Shown: positions 1-9,623 of the stretch, one piece after another
How the letters are laid out: each line of letters opens with the position of its first letter
How positions within the stretch are numbered: the stretch's first letter is position 1
Assembly (NCBI RefSeq): GCF_030028105.1
Contig: NC_092379.1
Location: 24,607,821-24,671,820 of the forward strand
Direction: 5' to 3'
DNA from: Mobula birostris
Lineage: Eukaryota
DNA length: 64,000 bases
The notes under the pieces: model-generated
Databases searched by the model: none
What the model was told of the DNA's origin: nothing
What the model saw: the letters and a program-made list of their open reading frames with translations, nothing else
Position numbers and translations under genes: made by a program

Positions 1-715
1 GTGTTGCTTAGGTTTCCAGCATCAGCGGATTTCCGGTTCTATTGGCCTTCGCTGTGTCAAGTCATCTTCCTTTATTTTTAACACACCAGGCAGTTTCCAT
101 ATTTTTTTTTTTGGTTTGTTTGTTTGTTTTCTGATTCTGTTTGTTCTGCCTTTGCTGCATAAAGTATATATGCTGTCATCTTAAGATGTTCTCAAGCAGT
201 CTGACAGATTTAGCTTGCATTTCAGTTTACACTTAGGCGTCAGACTCAATTGTACCTTGGAGTCTCCCCTCACTAATTACACCGGTAGCTCGTTTCTGAT
301 AAAAAAAAAAACTTAATCTTCCAGCCTGCAGTTTCAGTGGATCTATACTGAACAATCACTCAGCGAAGGACGCCCCTGAGAAGTTCCGTCAAACTTGATA
401 GCCCGAGGTGCTGACCCGAGATCAGTATTGCTTCCGCTGCCCCTGAAAGAGCTAAGACAAAAGAAATACACGCTCTGCATATGGGAATGAACACCTGCGT
501 CTCCTTTTGCACAGCTTGGCTACAGGTATGCGCTGATTTTACTTTTATGTTACCCTTCCTAAGACGAAGGCACGGCTAGCAATATGAGCGTGTTATTTTG
601 CATCAAGCCCAACACAGCTTCCATAACAGAAATATGTAACCAAGTTGAAATTTTCAGCTAAGCTGCTTTAATATGCACATTGAAAAAAGAAGCTTTATAA
701 AGTTGAAATACTTAC

Positions 716-773
716 CGACTGTGACAGTGACCGTAGACCCGGTTCCATCTTCATTGTAAGTTTTGTAGTAACA
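716..773 (-). CDS. NAR-TCR J segment (cassette A1)
   Basis: Minus strand reads CYYKTYNEDGTGSTVTVTV followed by a phase-1 GTAAG donor. The IgNAR-like DGxG motif is present. The 5' RSS is heptamer CACGGTG (774-780), a 23-nt spacer (781-803) and nonamer GATTCTTGT (804-812). Confidence 0.92.
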
Positions 774-1112
774 CACCGTGATCCGACTCTCAATCTCACT
801 GATACAAGAATCATCTTGAACTCAGTCTATTCAGCAGCAATCATTGGACGGTTTTGAAACATTCCAAACTTTTAAAACAAGAACAACTGCATTCAGCGTT
901 TCACAAACACCATTGAAGCTACCCATGCGAAGACATCTCTGTAAAGTGACCTCATCATACTTACCTTATGTCGGTTACCTAAACTGCAGCAAATGTCAAT
1001 AAATCCCTGAAAGGAACAAAGTACAATTGGATTCAGCTGATCACTGTGCGAATGTAATGTGACATATGATTTTATACCCCTACTGCAGAATATATATTTT
1101 AACGAGGCCAGA

Positions 1113-1183
1113 AGTTTTTGTTCGATTGTCTTCCGTTGTGTGCATTCCAGTCACCCACACTGTTTGATGTCCAGTTTAAATTG
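1113..1183 (-). other. NAR-TCR D segment with 12/12 RSS (cassette A1); coding core 1141-1155
   Basis: Core is GGTGACTGGAATGCA on the minus strand. The 3' RSS is CACAACG-12-ACAAAAACT (1113-1140). The 5' RSS on the plus strand is CACACTG-12-TTTAAATTG (1156-1183). The same arrangement occurs in all five V-D blocks. Confidence 0.85.
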
Positions 1184-1536
1184 CAGGAGCCTCTTGGGCA
1201 GCAGAAAACATCCTCCCAGCTGTTCTTCCAATTTCCATGCTATTGGAGCAGGGTCCCATCTGAAGTATGCGATTGGGAAGTGGGAGTGTCATTCTCACTT
1301 GCTGTAGACTGCACAGTTCCTGGGGAAGGTGGTTTTCCATGCAAATACAGTACAGAAGAGAAAATAACTAGCGTACGAACTGACAACTTCCAATCCCATT
1401 GCAAACAATACTGTATGGAACGCAGTCGAAAAACCTTCTGAAATTACCAGCACATGAACTCTGCTGCTTCAGACACTGATCGGATAACTTCCATCTCTTG
1501 TTTGAGTACGGCGGTGGTCCCTTTCCAAACACCGTG

Positions 1537-2016
1537 TGCACCATCTATATTCAGCTTTACAAAAATAGGTGGCACTGTCGTCAACTTCAAGATTCATAAT
1601 TTTCAGTGTAAATATCATTTTTGCGTTATTTTGCGCCTTGATAAATCTTGTTCCTGTGGAGATCCGTTCCCATCCCGTTTTTCGCTGTGTTTGTTTGAAG
1701 AAATGTCCGGTTACAAACGTATAGGTTCCCGTCCAACCAGGATGGAAAGTGCATGTGATTGTGAGAGACTGGCATTCACTTTTCGTCACCGCTGTCGGGC
1801 TCTGGGTCACGGTCTGGCTGAAGACGACTGGAAATTAAGAATAACGAGAAGCGAAACAGCATTAGATATGACACACACAAGAAGGCTAGCAACATGACTT
1901 CAAGGATCCTGTATACACTCGTTCAGTTTCGTATTTAACACGATTATACTGTAAATTTGCGAACAGTACTCACGGTCAAAGCAGAGGCACAGTGTGACAT
2001 ACAAGAGAAATTTCAT
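1537..2016 (-). CDS. NAR-TCR V gene (cassette A1), apparently functional; leader 1974-2016, V exon 1537-1827
   Basis: Leader MKFLLYVTLCLCFD with GTGAGT donor and TTTCCAG acceptor, in phase. The open V reads QTVTQSPTAVTKSECQSLTITC...DDSATYFCKAEYRWC. The FR2-to-Cys104 span is 48 aa, as in VNAR (no C'/C'' strands), and there is an extra Cys in FR1. The RSS is CACGGTG-22-ACTCAAACA (1499-1536). Confidence 0.92.
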
Positions 2017-2039
2017 CGTTTCGTCTCCGGGTGTCAGAT

Positions 2040-2205
2040 GGATTATACAGCCGCTAGCGTGGCTGCTGTGGTAGGTTCCTTCTCAGAACTGGGCAGAGAC
2101 GCCTCAGCCGGTTTCTGTTCTAGATTTATTCAACTGCTTCACTGTTTCCGAATTATCTGTTGTGGGGGAAAGGGTCAGAATTGATTAACAATAGCTGTGG
2201 TTCCC
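2040..2205 (-). promoter_or_regulatory. Putative NAR V promoter
   Basis: TATA-like TATAAT lies about 26 nt upstream of the ATG (TATAAA in the B copies). TGTGGT occurs at 2067-2072 and 2196-2201, and AACAATAG at 2187-2194. These positions are conserved in the paralogous cassettes. Confidence 0.45.
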
Positions 2206-2239
2206 TTTTCACTCCTTTTGTTTGCAACTGATGTGAAAG

Positions 2240-2520
2240 TCAGGGATATTCGGTAAAGGAAATGACATAATTTACGGATGCTACGGTGAAATGAAGTTTC
2301 GTCAAGATAAATGTGAGTGTCACTAGGTTGATAAACGTATCAGCTGTGAGCTTCCGGAGGTCTCCAGTGATTGAGACAAAGAGATAAAGAAAGTCGAGAA
2401 ACGTGTCAGAAATGGAACTGGTGATTTGCTGAGTACTGTGGAAGTAGGAAGCAAAGATGATGACAATGAAAACATCAGCAAGGTTACGTGAAGCAGTACT
2501 AGTACAGTCGTCCATGTAGC
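2240..2520 (-). mobile_element. Old Penelope-like RT fragment
   Basis: Translation MDDCTSTAS...FASYFHS...SISDTFLDFL..FVSITGD matches the YMDD.../FHPALKFT/SISDT.LPFLD.SVSISGD region of chondrichthyan Penelope-like elements. A paralog lies at about 34120-34375. Confidence 0.7.
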
Positions 2521-3859
2521 ATGAATAAAAAAAAATGAGGAACGCTGAACTCTACAAGTGAGTTATTGGAACATATATTGTTCCACGAAGGTAACGAAAT
2601 TACCGCCATAGCAGCGTTAGGGTTGGGGACATGCGGATTCCCACGGCTCCGCAGTGGCTTTCGAAAAAGTGGGAGGATCGATTTTTTTTTTTTTTTTTTT
2701 GAAACAATGCTCTACTAAGAACCAGCTAACCAATGTTGTTTAGTTTTCTTGCTCTTTTTTTGCGAGATAACATGTACGATGCAGTCAGCTTATAGTCTGG
2801 CTAATTTCGCCGAATTTTATTCTCTGCACAGTCCACAACATTGCTTGCATTATCCACAAAGCACATATAATTGCAACATAATTCTGAACTGATACTACAA
2901 ACTGCAGACTAATTTTCAAAGATTTGTGCAAATATTGCTCTCAATATTATCATTATAATTATTATTGTTATTACATTTTTTTTTTCCCGCAGTTCAAACT
3001 GTTAAAACGTAAGGGACAGGTATAGCCAAACACGTCTATTTGTCAGCAGCTGGAAATTTTTGAACTATTCTTATGGTGTTTCGTATTGTGGCTTTCTGAA
3101 GACCGACATGGTTACTGGTCTACATGCTTAGTTGTTCAATAGTATAATGTAGTGCTTTGGGATTATACCAGCTGTACATATTACCATGGGACAATGTATA
3201 GCTGTTCATATTTCAAAGTCTTTAAATTTCCTACTTAAATACAGCATATTAACAATGTTTTTTCTCGATTTATTGATTTGGATATTATGTGTGTTTCTAT
3301 CTATAACTTAAGTTGTTCTTGCCCGTTTATCCCGTATTATTGTATGCAGACAATTATTATGCATTGTCCTCTATGCAATCACTGATGCGTTAGAATACAT
3401 AATTTGTAGTATTCTGAATCTGATTATTATTATTATTATTATTATTATTATTTTAGGCATGTCATGGTCTGGATCGGTGATCTTTTAAATTTACCGTGTT
3501 TATGTTACGATCCGGACCGTTTATTCCCTGTTTTCCTTTGTCCCTCGACTTTGGTGATCAGAGGCAATTAACGCTCGGCTGAACCGATAGTTCATAGTCT
3601 CCGGCTTTCAGCCGTTTGGCACGGGAGCGGCTGCAAAGCCACCAGGGTACGGCGTGCCCATGTCATCTGGACGGAGCAAGCCTAGTCTCGGCCCGAAGCG
3701 AGTGCCGGTAATTCACCTTTCCTTAACGGAGCAACCCTGTCAAGATACCCGGCCACAGGGAGCCTGCAAAGTTTCCTCAACGAGGTGGCTCCGTCAGTTA
3801 ATCCGCCGGAGGGAATCAACAACCATTGTCTACTATTGCCGGGCCGAGTCGAGAGCTCG

Positions 3860-4070
3860 CCAATACCCGGAGAGTCCAAGTCAAGTCCTTGCTCCAGCGG
3901 CATTCTAGCACCAAACCAAGTTCTGGCCATGGCGGCATTCTAGCGCCAAGTCAATTCCTTGCCTTGGCGGCATTCTAGCACCAAGTCAAGTCCTCTCCCT
4001 GGTGGCATTCTAGCACCGTCAAGTCCTGGGCCTGTCGGCATTCTAGCAGCAAGTCAAGCCCTTCCCCTGG
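3860..4070. repeat. Minisatellite of about 36-40 bp (CGGCATTCTAGCACCAAGTCAAGTCC-like)
   Basis: About five degenerate tandem units inside the LTR. Confidence 0.8.
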
Positions 4071-4229
4071 CGGCTTCGCAGTTCTGGGTAAAGCCCTGGC
4101 CCTGGCGGTTTGTGATTCCTGTCCTATCCGCTTGTCTGAATCTCTTCTCTGCCCCTCTCGCCTCTAGCCCTCGTCTGCAGCCCCCGCCTACGCTTCATCG
4201 GCGGAGCTAGATAAGTACTGTCCGGTGTG

Positions 4230-4700
4230 CAATAGTGTTGGTCTTGTCTTGTCTTGTCCTCGCCTCCGTGGGGTAAGTCAGACCGTCTTGCCCTTGCTCC
4301 GCGGGGGTTCATGTTTTGTCTTTGTTGGTCCTCGCCTCCTTCGGGGTTAGTCTGGCCGTCATGCCGTTGCCCCGCGGGGAGTCATGTTTTGTCCTTGTTC
4401 TTGCCTCCGTGGGGTAAGTCAGGCCGCCTTACCGTTGCCCCGTGGGGTGTCACGTCGTACCTTGTCTTGTCCTCACCTCCGTGGGGTAGGTCAGGTTGTC
4501 TTGCCGTTGCCCCTCGAGGTGTCATGCTCTGTCTTATCCTGTTCTCTCCTCCGTGGGGTAAGTCAGGCGTCTTGCCGTTGCCCCGCGGAGGGTCATGAGT
4601 CTTGGCCCTATGTCCTGTAGCCAAGGACGGGTCCCGGCTCTCGGTTCTGTGTGTGAGTCCCGGCCCTATGTCCTGTACGCAAGGAAGGGTCCGGACTCTG
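4230..4700. repeat. Minisatellites of about 60 bp (GTCCTCGCCTCCGTGGGGTAAGTCAGGC...GCCGTTGCCCCGCGG) and about 52 bp
   Basis: About six units to 4600, then two to three units of GGCCCTATGTCCTGTA....AGGA.GGGTCC. Confidence 0.85.
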
Positions 4701-5926
4701 TGGTCTGTGTATATGTCCATGATTCCGTGTACCTGCTCTCCCGAGACCGAGGATCTGCGTTCTCATGTTCCTCCTCTCCCCAGCCCATGTCATGTCCATG
4801 CCTGGTTCTGGGGTCCGAGCCCGCGGCAAGACCCAGGTACTGGGCTCTTACCCAGTTTCGGGCTCGGAGTCCATACTCTAGCCTCTTCATGTCTCCTCTA
4901 GGTCTGGGAGCCGATTCCGAGTCCTAGCCTAGTCGTAGTCCTCAGTCCATGTCCAGTTCGCTACTCCTGCTCCTGCCTAGCTCTTCTGATATAAAACAAT
5001 ACACTAAATTTAATTAACCTCACAATATGTGTCTTGCATTTGAGTCCACCCTTGCTCCCAAAGCCCCCGCCATTGTGACAAAGTAACGAAATTACCGGCA
5101 TAACGGCGTTACGGTTGTGGAGCACACGGATTCCGACGGCTACACATTGGCTTTGGAAAAAGTGGGAGGATCCAAAATTTAAAAAAAAAAAAAAAAATGC
5201 ACTGCATGGGAACCCGCTAACCAACGTTGTTTAGATTTTTTGCTCTTTCTTTGCTAGATAACCTGTACGACGCACGCAGGTTATAGTCTGGCTAATTGCG
5301 TATAATTTTATTCTCTGCACAGTCAGCAACATTACTTGTATTATCAACAAAGCCCGCAGAATTCCAACATAACGCTAAACTGATACTACAAACTGCAGAC
5401 TATTTTTTCAAAGAATTGTGCAAATATTGTTCTCAGTATTATCATTATGATTATTATTGTTATTACATTTTTTTTTCTCTCAGCTCAAGCTGGTAGAAAG
5501 TAAGGGACGGGTACAGCCAATCACGTCTATTTGTCAGTTGCTGGATAATTTCGAACTATTCTTGTCATCTTCCGGATTGTGGCTTTCTGAAGACTTACAT
5601 GGATTTTGCTCTACTTACTTAGTTGGTCAATGGTATAATGTAGTGCCTTTGGGATTATAACAGCTGTACATATTATCATAGGTCAATGTATAGTTGTTCA
5701 TATTTCAAAGCCTTTAAATTTCCTACCTTAATAGAGCATATTACCGATGTTTTTTTCTCTCATTTATTGGTTTGGATATTATGTGTGTTTCGATTGGATG
5801 TATCTATAATTTAAGTTGCTCTTGCCTATTTCTCCCATACTATCGGCTGCAAACAATTATTATGGATTGTCCACTGTGCAATCACTGATGCGTTAGAATA
5901 TATATTAGTGGTATTCTGAATCTGAC

Positions 5927-5963
<37 letters not shown>

Positions 5964-7189
5964 GCATCACGTTACGTTACTCCAGCCAATTCTATCGCTC
6001 AGAAGGGGTTTTTCATTCTCCTCTGAACGAACCGACTATGAGGAATAATTTGTGGCTTCCCACCGGGCAATCGGAGCAAGCTCCATGAGTGGCGATAGAC
6101 AACAGCTCGAAATTAATGAGTAAATGATTTATTTTAATTACGAGGATTTCAAACAGTGCAGAGAGACATGGAGGAATGGGTTCTGAAAACAAAAAAATGG
6201 AAATAATTAGTGATTTAAATAACAATCTGAAAGAGAATGTTAAACTATATCGTAAAGAAATTCAGAAATAAAGTCAAATTTGTTTATTTTTATCCTTACG
6301 GCATTGCAGAACGGAGGACAAATATGGAACACTTTAGCACAGAACAGATACAGAAAGGGCTCATAAACAAAATTAGCGGACTTTCGCCTTTTAAGAGAAC
6401 TGGCCCTAGCGTTGGGAGTGCCGCTAAGAGAATCTGTTGTGTTGCTCTACCTATAGACGGGCAGGCACCATAAAACCCGAAAAAGATTCAGCCAGCATTC
6501 AAAGTAGCTGCGACTGCTGCAAGTTTTACTCTTGACAGAGGTCCACGTGCCAACGAGGACACTCAAGCTGTTGATGGAAGAAAGACAGCTTAACATTGTT
6601 ATTAGAACTAAACACATTCATAATGCACATATATTATCGAATAGCTGAGCCTGAGAGAGATAGAGATACGTAAACACACACAATAGCAAACTTATCAACA
6701 GCTTATAAACAACATATTCATTACTGTAAGTAAATTGCACAACGAATGGTAGATCAACGTGGAATTATTATAAAATTAGACTATCTCCAAAGAAATGTTT
6801 GGACAAAAACACTTGAATTAATATGAGAACTGGAATAAAACCAACCTCAAGACTGCAACAATCTTATCCAATAAAAAAAAAATGAGATGCCACCACCCGA
6901 AGAGGTCACAGAAGTTCAATTACTTCAGCATTTTTTTTCATAACCTGACGGTAATTACGATACACAAAGGTAGACATGTCACAGAATGCTGCCGACGAAT
7001 CTGAGCTTACAGGCAAAATTAATACAGATAAAGCAATTTTTCTTACAGTTGAAAACCTGACCTTCTGACTAGATAAGTGAACAATATTAAATAAAAAAAA
7101 CGAGCGGAATATATTAAAAAAACATCAGGATACAGCCGAAATTATGAAAGAATATGAAAAAGACAAGTATGTAGTTGAGTACGTGGTAA

Positions 7190-7810
7190 AAAAGGAAAAT
7201 GCAATGTTGGCATTTATTTCAATTGGAATACAAAACACGGCGAAAACTCAGAGCATTAATAAGACACTGGTCAGGCTGCACCGAGAGTATTGTCAGCTGT
7301 CTTGGGCCCCGTATCTCAGTAAATATGTATTGTTATTTGAGGGAGCCCAGAGGCGGATCTAAAATGAGCATATGAGGAAGGTTTATCACATGTGCACGTA
7401 TACTCACTGGGGTTTAGAAGACTGCGGGGCGATCTCATTGAAATCTTCCAAATGTTGAAAGGGTAGATATCGGGAGGGTAATTCTGATGGTGGATCTATT
7501 CGGAATTGGAAAGTACCACCTCAAAATTGAGGGACAAATGTTTAGAACAAAGTTAATGAGTGAACACTGAGGGGCGACCGTTTAAGAAAAACAAAATCTA
7601 ATGCCACAGACTGCAGTGGAAACCAACTGCGTGCCTAAATTTACTGCTGAAGTTCATCCTTTCTGATCGGTCAGGGAATCAAAGGATATCACGAGAAGAA
7701 AGGTGTATGGAGTTGGGTGGGATGCGAGAACAGCTATGGTGGGTTGGCGGAGCAGACATGATGGACTGATTGGTCTTATGCCAGTCCTATGTTTTAGGTC
7801 TTATGGTGAA
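7190..7810 (+). mobile_element. Decayed CR1 LINE 3' fragment
   Basis: Resembles the CR1 ORF2 C-terminus and 3' UTR of the young CR1 at 24550-25100. A paralog lies at about 36590-37190. Confidence 0.65.
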
Positions 7811-8989
7811 TTGTTGGAGGGACGAAACGTGGTGCACAAAGGGCCTTTGTCGCGTTTTATATCTATGTAAATAACTAATTCAATAACAAGGATTGGTTGG
7901 GAAAATCGCAAGCTCCCATGACAGCCTGCAGTTTTGACAGTTTCCTTCTATCAATGCGGTTATTGCACAACAGTGATATTCATGATTAACACTACTACCG
8001 CAAGCATCGTGCCACGAGCACGGAGTTAATTGTGCAGAGACGTTCGTCGCCTTGTCAAGGAAATCGAATTAATTTGGAGATCTTTGGAATACTGAAGTTA
8101 ACGATACGGAAGGAAAATTTCCAAACCCATAATGCGTTAAGGTCAGTTGAGTAACACAGCATTGAACTTCTGGGTGTTCATCCAGTCAATCAGAGACCTG
8201 TCGTCGTGGTTCCTTTTCAGTGCGATGCAACTGCAGTACACTTCTCCTGGGCTGATTCAATGCAAAATGCCTCACATGCGGTGAACAAACAAGAAAAGCT
8301 CTATACGGCCTGGATACAGGAATGAGCTCTACTTTTTGTACAATTCCCAAATTTCTTTCGCACCTCAGGTGGGGTAGAAATGCTGACAAGAACGTAATTC
8401 CTAAAAAAGTAAAACATAATTTCCACGTATCACAGCACAAATCGTGATCGATTCATGTAATTCAATTCGCCTTCATACCTGCCGCTGGTTTTTGGAGCAG
8501 TTTGCATATGTGCTGCTGAAAATATCCAGAAATTGCAGAATTTCATTTAGCTAGGATTGGCATTTCCAAATCAACAAAATTTGACTAAGGAGCTTCCGGT
8601 AAATTAACCTATATGAATTCGTGACCATCATACGATGGCAGTCTAGCAGTTAATTAAAGATAACGAAAAATATATTCTGAATGTTAATATCTTTCAATGT
8701 TGTCAGGAACTTTTGCGGGGGGAGGTGGGGGGATCCTGGATCTGGCTTTGTGGAGTAAACTAGATATAATGAAGAGTCTTAATATAAACAAATCATTTTT
8801 AGGCAGTGGTGACGATATCATAATATTCACCCACCAATTTGTGAGCGACAACCTGATATTGACGCCTCGCTTTCTGTACATCTAATTACAAATGCATGAG
8901 AGAGGAGCGTGCCAAGTTTGATCATAAGGAGATTTCGGTAGAGCAGCGATGTCTAAGACTGTAACAAGCAGCAGAAACAAAGAAAAGTC

Positions 8990-9620
8990 AGTGGCCTTCA
9001 CCAAGCAGCTGCACAGGGGAAGACCATCAAGATGTGGCGCAACTGTATTACATAACATGTCGTAGCATTCGTAGAAGATTGTTAGCTTGCTAAAGGCGAA
9101 GGTCGGGGTTATTCCAGTTGGCGGTGTGACTAGTGATGTTCAGCAAGGGTCGCAGTTGTTATCTCTGCTTTCCAAGTTTTTCATAACTGAATAGGTGGAT
9201 TGTTAACGAAGTTGCGCATGATACAAATTTAAGTGAAGTATTGGGCTCTGCTGACGAAGCAGGCAGAATGGAGCATTCACCGGTGGTAGGATAAGCTACG
9301 ACAATGGGCACATAAGTGGCGGATGCAACAAGCAGTAGACATCTGTATCAATGTAATTTGTTTGCAGGAACAAGTCGTTGAACATATTCTAAATTAGGAG
9401 TAAATTCGAAAAACTCAGGTGTGTACAAACATGATAGTTCAACTTCGTGAATCCTTTACGGTCAACTTGAGTATTGAGTCCGTACCTAAAAAGCAAACAT
9501 CGATCGTAAGGAACAAAACATAAATGCTGTGATGTAGCGCTGTTTATTTATAAGAGATAAATCGTACTACATTTGCAGTTTTGAAATGTTGTGTGCTCAA
9601 AGTCCAAAAGAAGGATCAGC
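8990..9620 (+). mobile_element. Decayed CR1 RT fragment, interrupted by the Gypsy element and continuing at about 15790-16150
   Basis: GTGACTAGTGATGTTCAGCAAGGGTCGCAG corresponds to the TSGVPQGSVLG motif. Uninterrupted paralogs lie at about 38340-39170 and 51760-52700. Confidence 0.55.
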
Positions 9621-9623
9621 TGG

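Larger units (their letters stand above)
3460..5080 (+). mobile_element. Solo or chimeric LTR with internal minisatellites
   Basis: TG...CA termini (TGTCATGG at 3460, a second TGTTACG at 3503, GTGACA at 5080). It is GC-rich, has no coding domain and no TSD, and is absent from the paralogous A2 site. Confidence 0.65.
2590..5960. repeat. Direct duplication of about 870 bp (2590-3455 and 5081-5960) flanking the LTR
   Basis: Both copies start with GTAACGAAATTACC and end in (ATT)n. They are roughly 80% identical by eye, and the block is single-copy in cassette A2 (about 34440-35300). Confidence 0.85.

Noticed and set aside
1312-1340. CACAGTT-12-GGTTTTCCA as a possible extra RSS
   Set aside because: The nonamer-like sequence is in the wrong orientation relative to the heptamer, and the heptamer is not conserved in A2.
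1469-1536. ORF-track extension of the V beyond ...EYRWC (also 33321-33388 and the terminal AQ of the supporting Vs)
   Set aside because: This is read-through into the RSS and is not part of the rearranged coding sequence.
1059-1897. Plus-strand ORFs overlapping the D and V segments (also 32911-33620)
   Set aside because: They are antisense shadows of the V(D) region. Their lengths differ between A1 and A2, and the splice sites and RSSs support only the minus strand.
3860-4700. Regularly spaced 36-60 bp repeats that resemble a CRISPR array
   Set aside because: These are head-to-tail degenerate minisatellites inside an LTR in a vertebrate locus. There are no unique spacers and no cas genes.
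3654-4927. Dense cluster of 60-115 aa ORFs on both strands
   Set aside because: They arise from GC-rich tandem repeats that are poor in stop codons, and show no recognisable domain.
5960-7150. Conserved spacer (paralog at about 35300-36550) as a possible hidden gene or ERV fragment
   Set aside because: No ORF is shared between the copies and I recognise no motif. Its conservation is explained by the segmental duplication.
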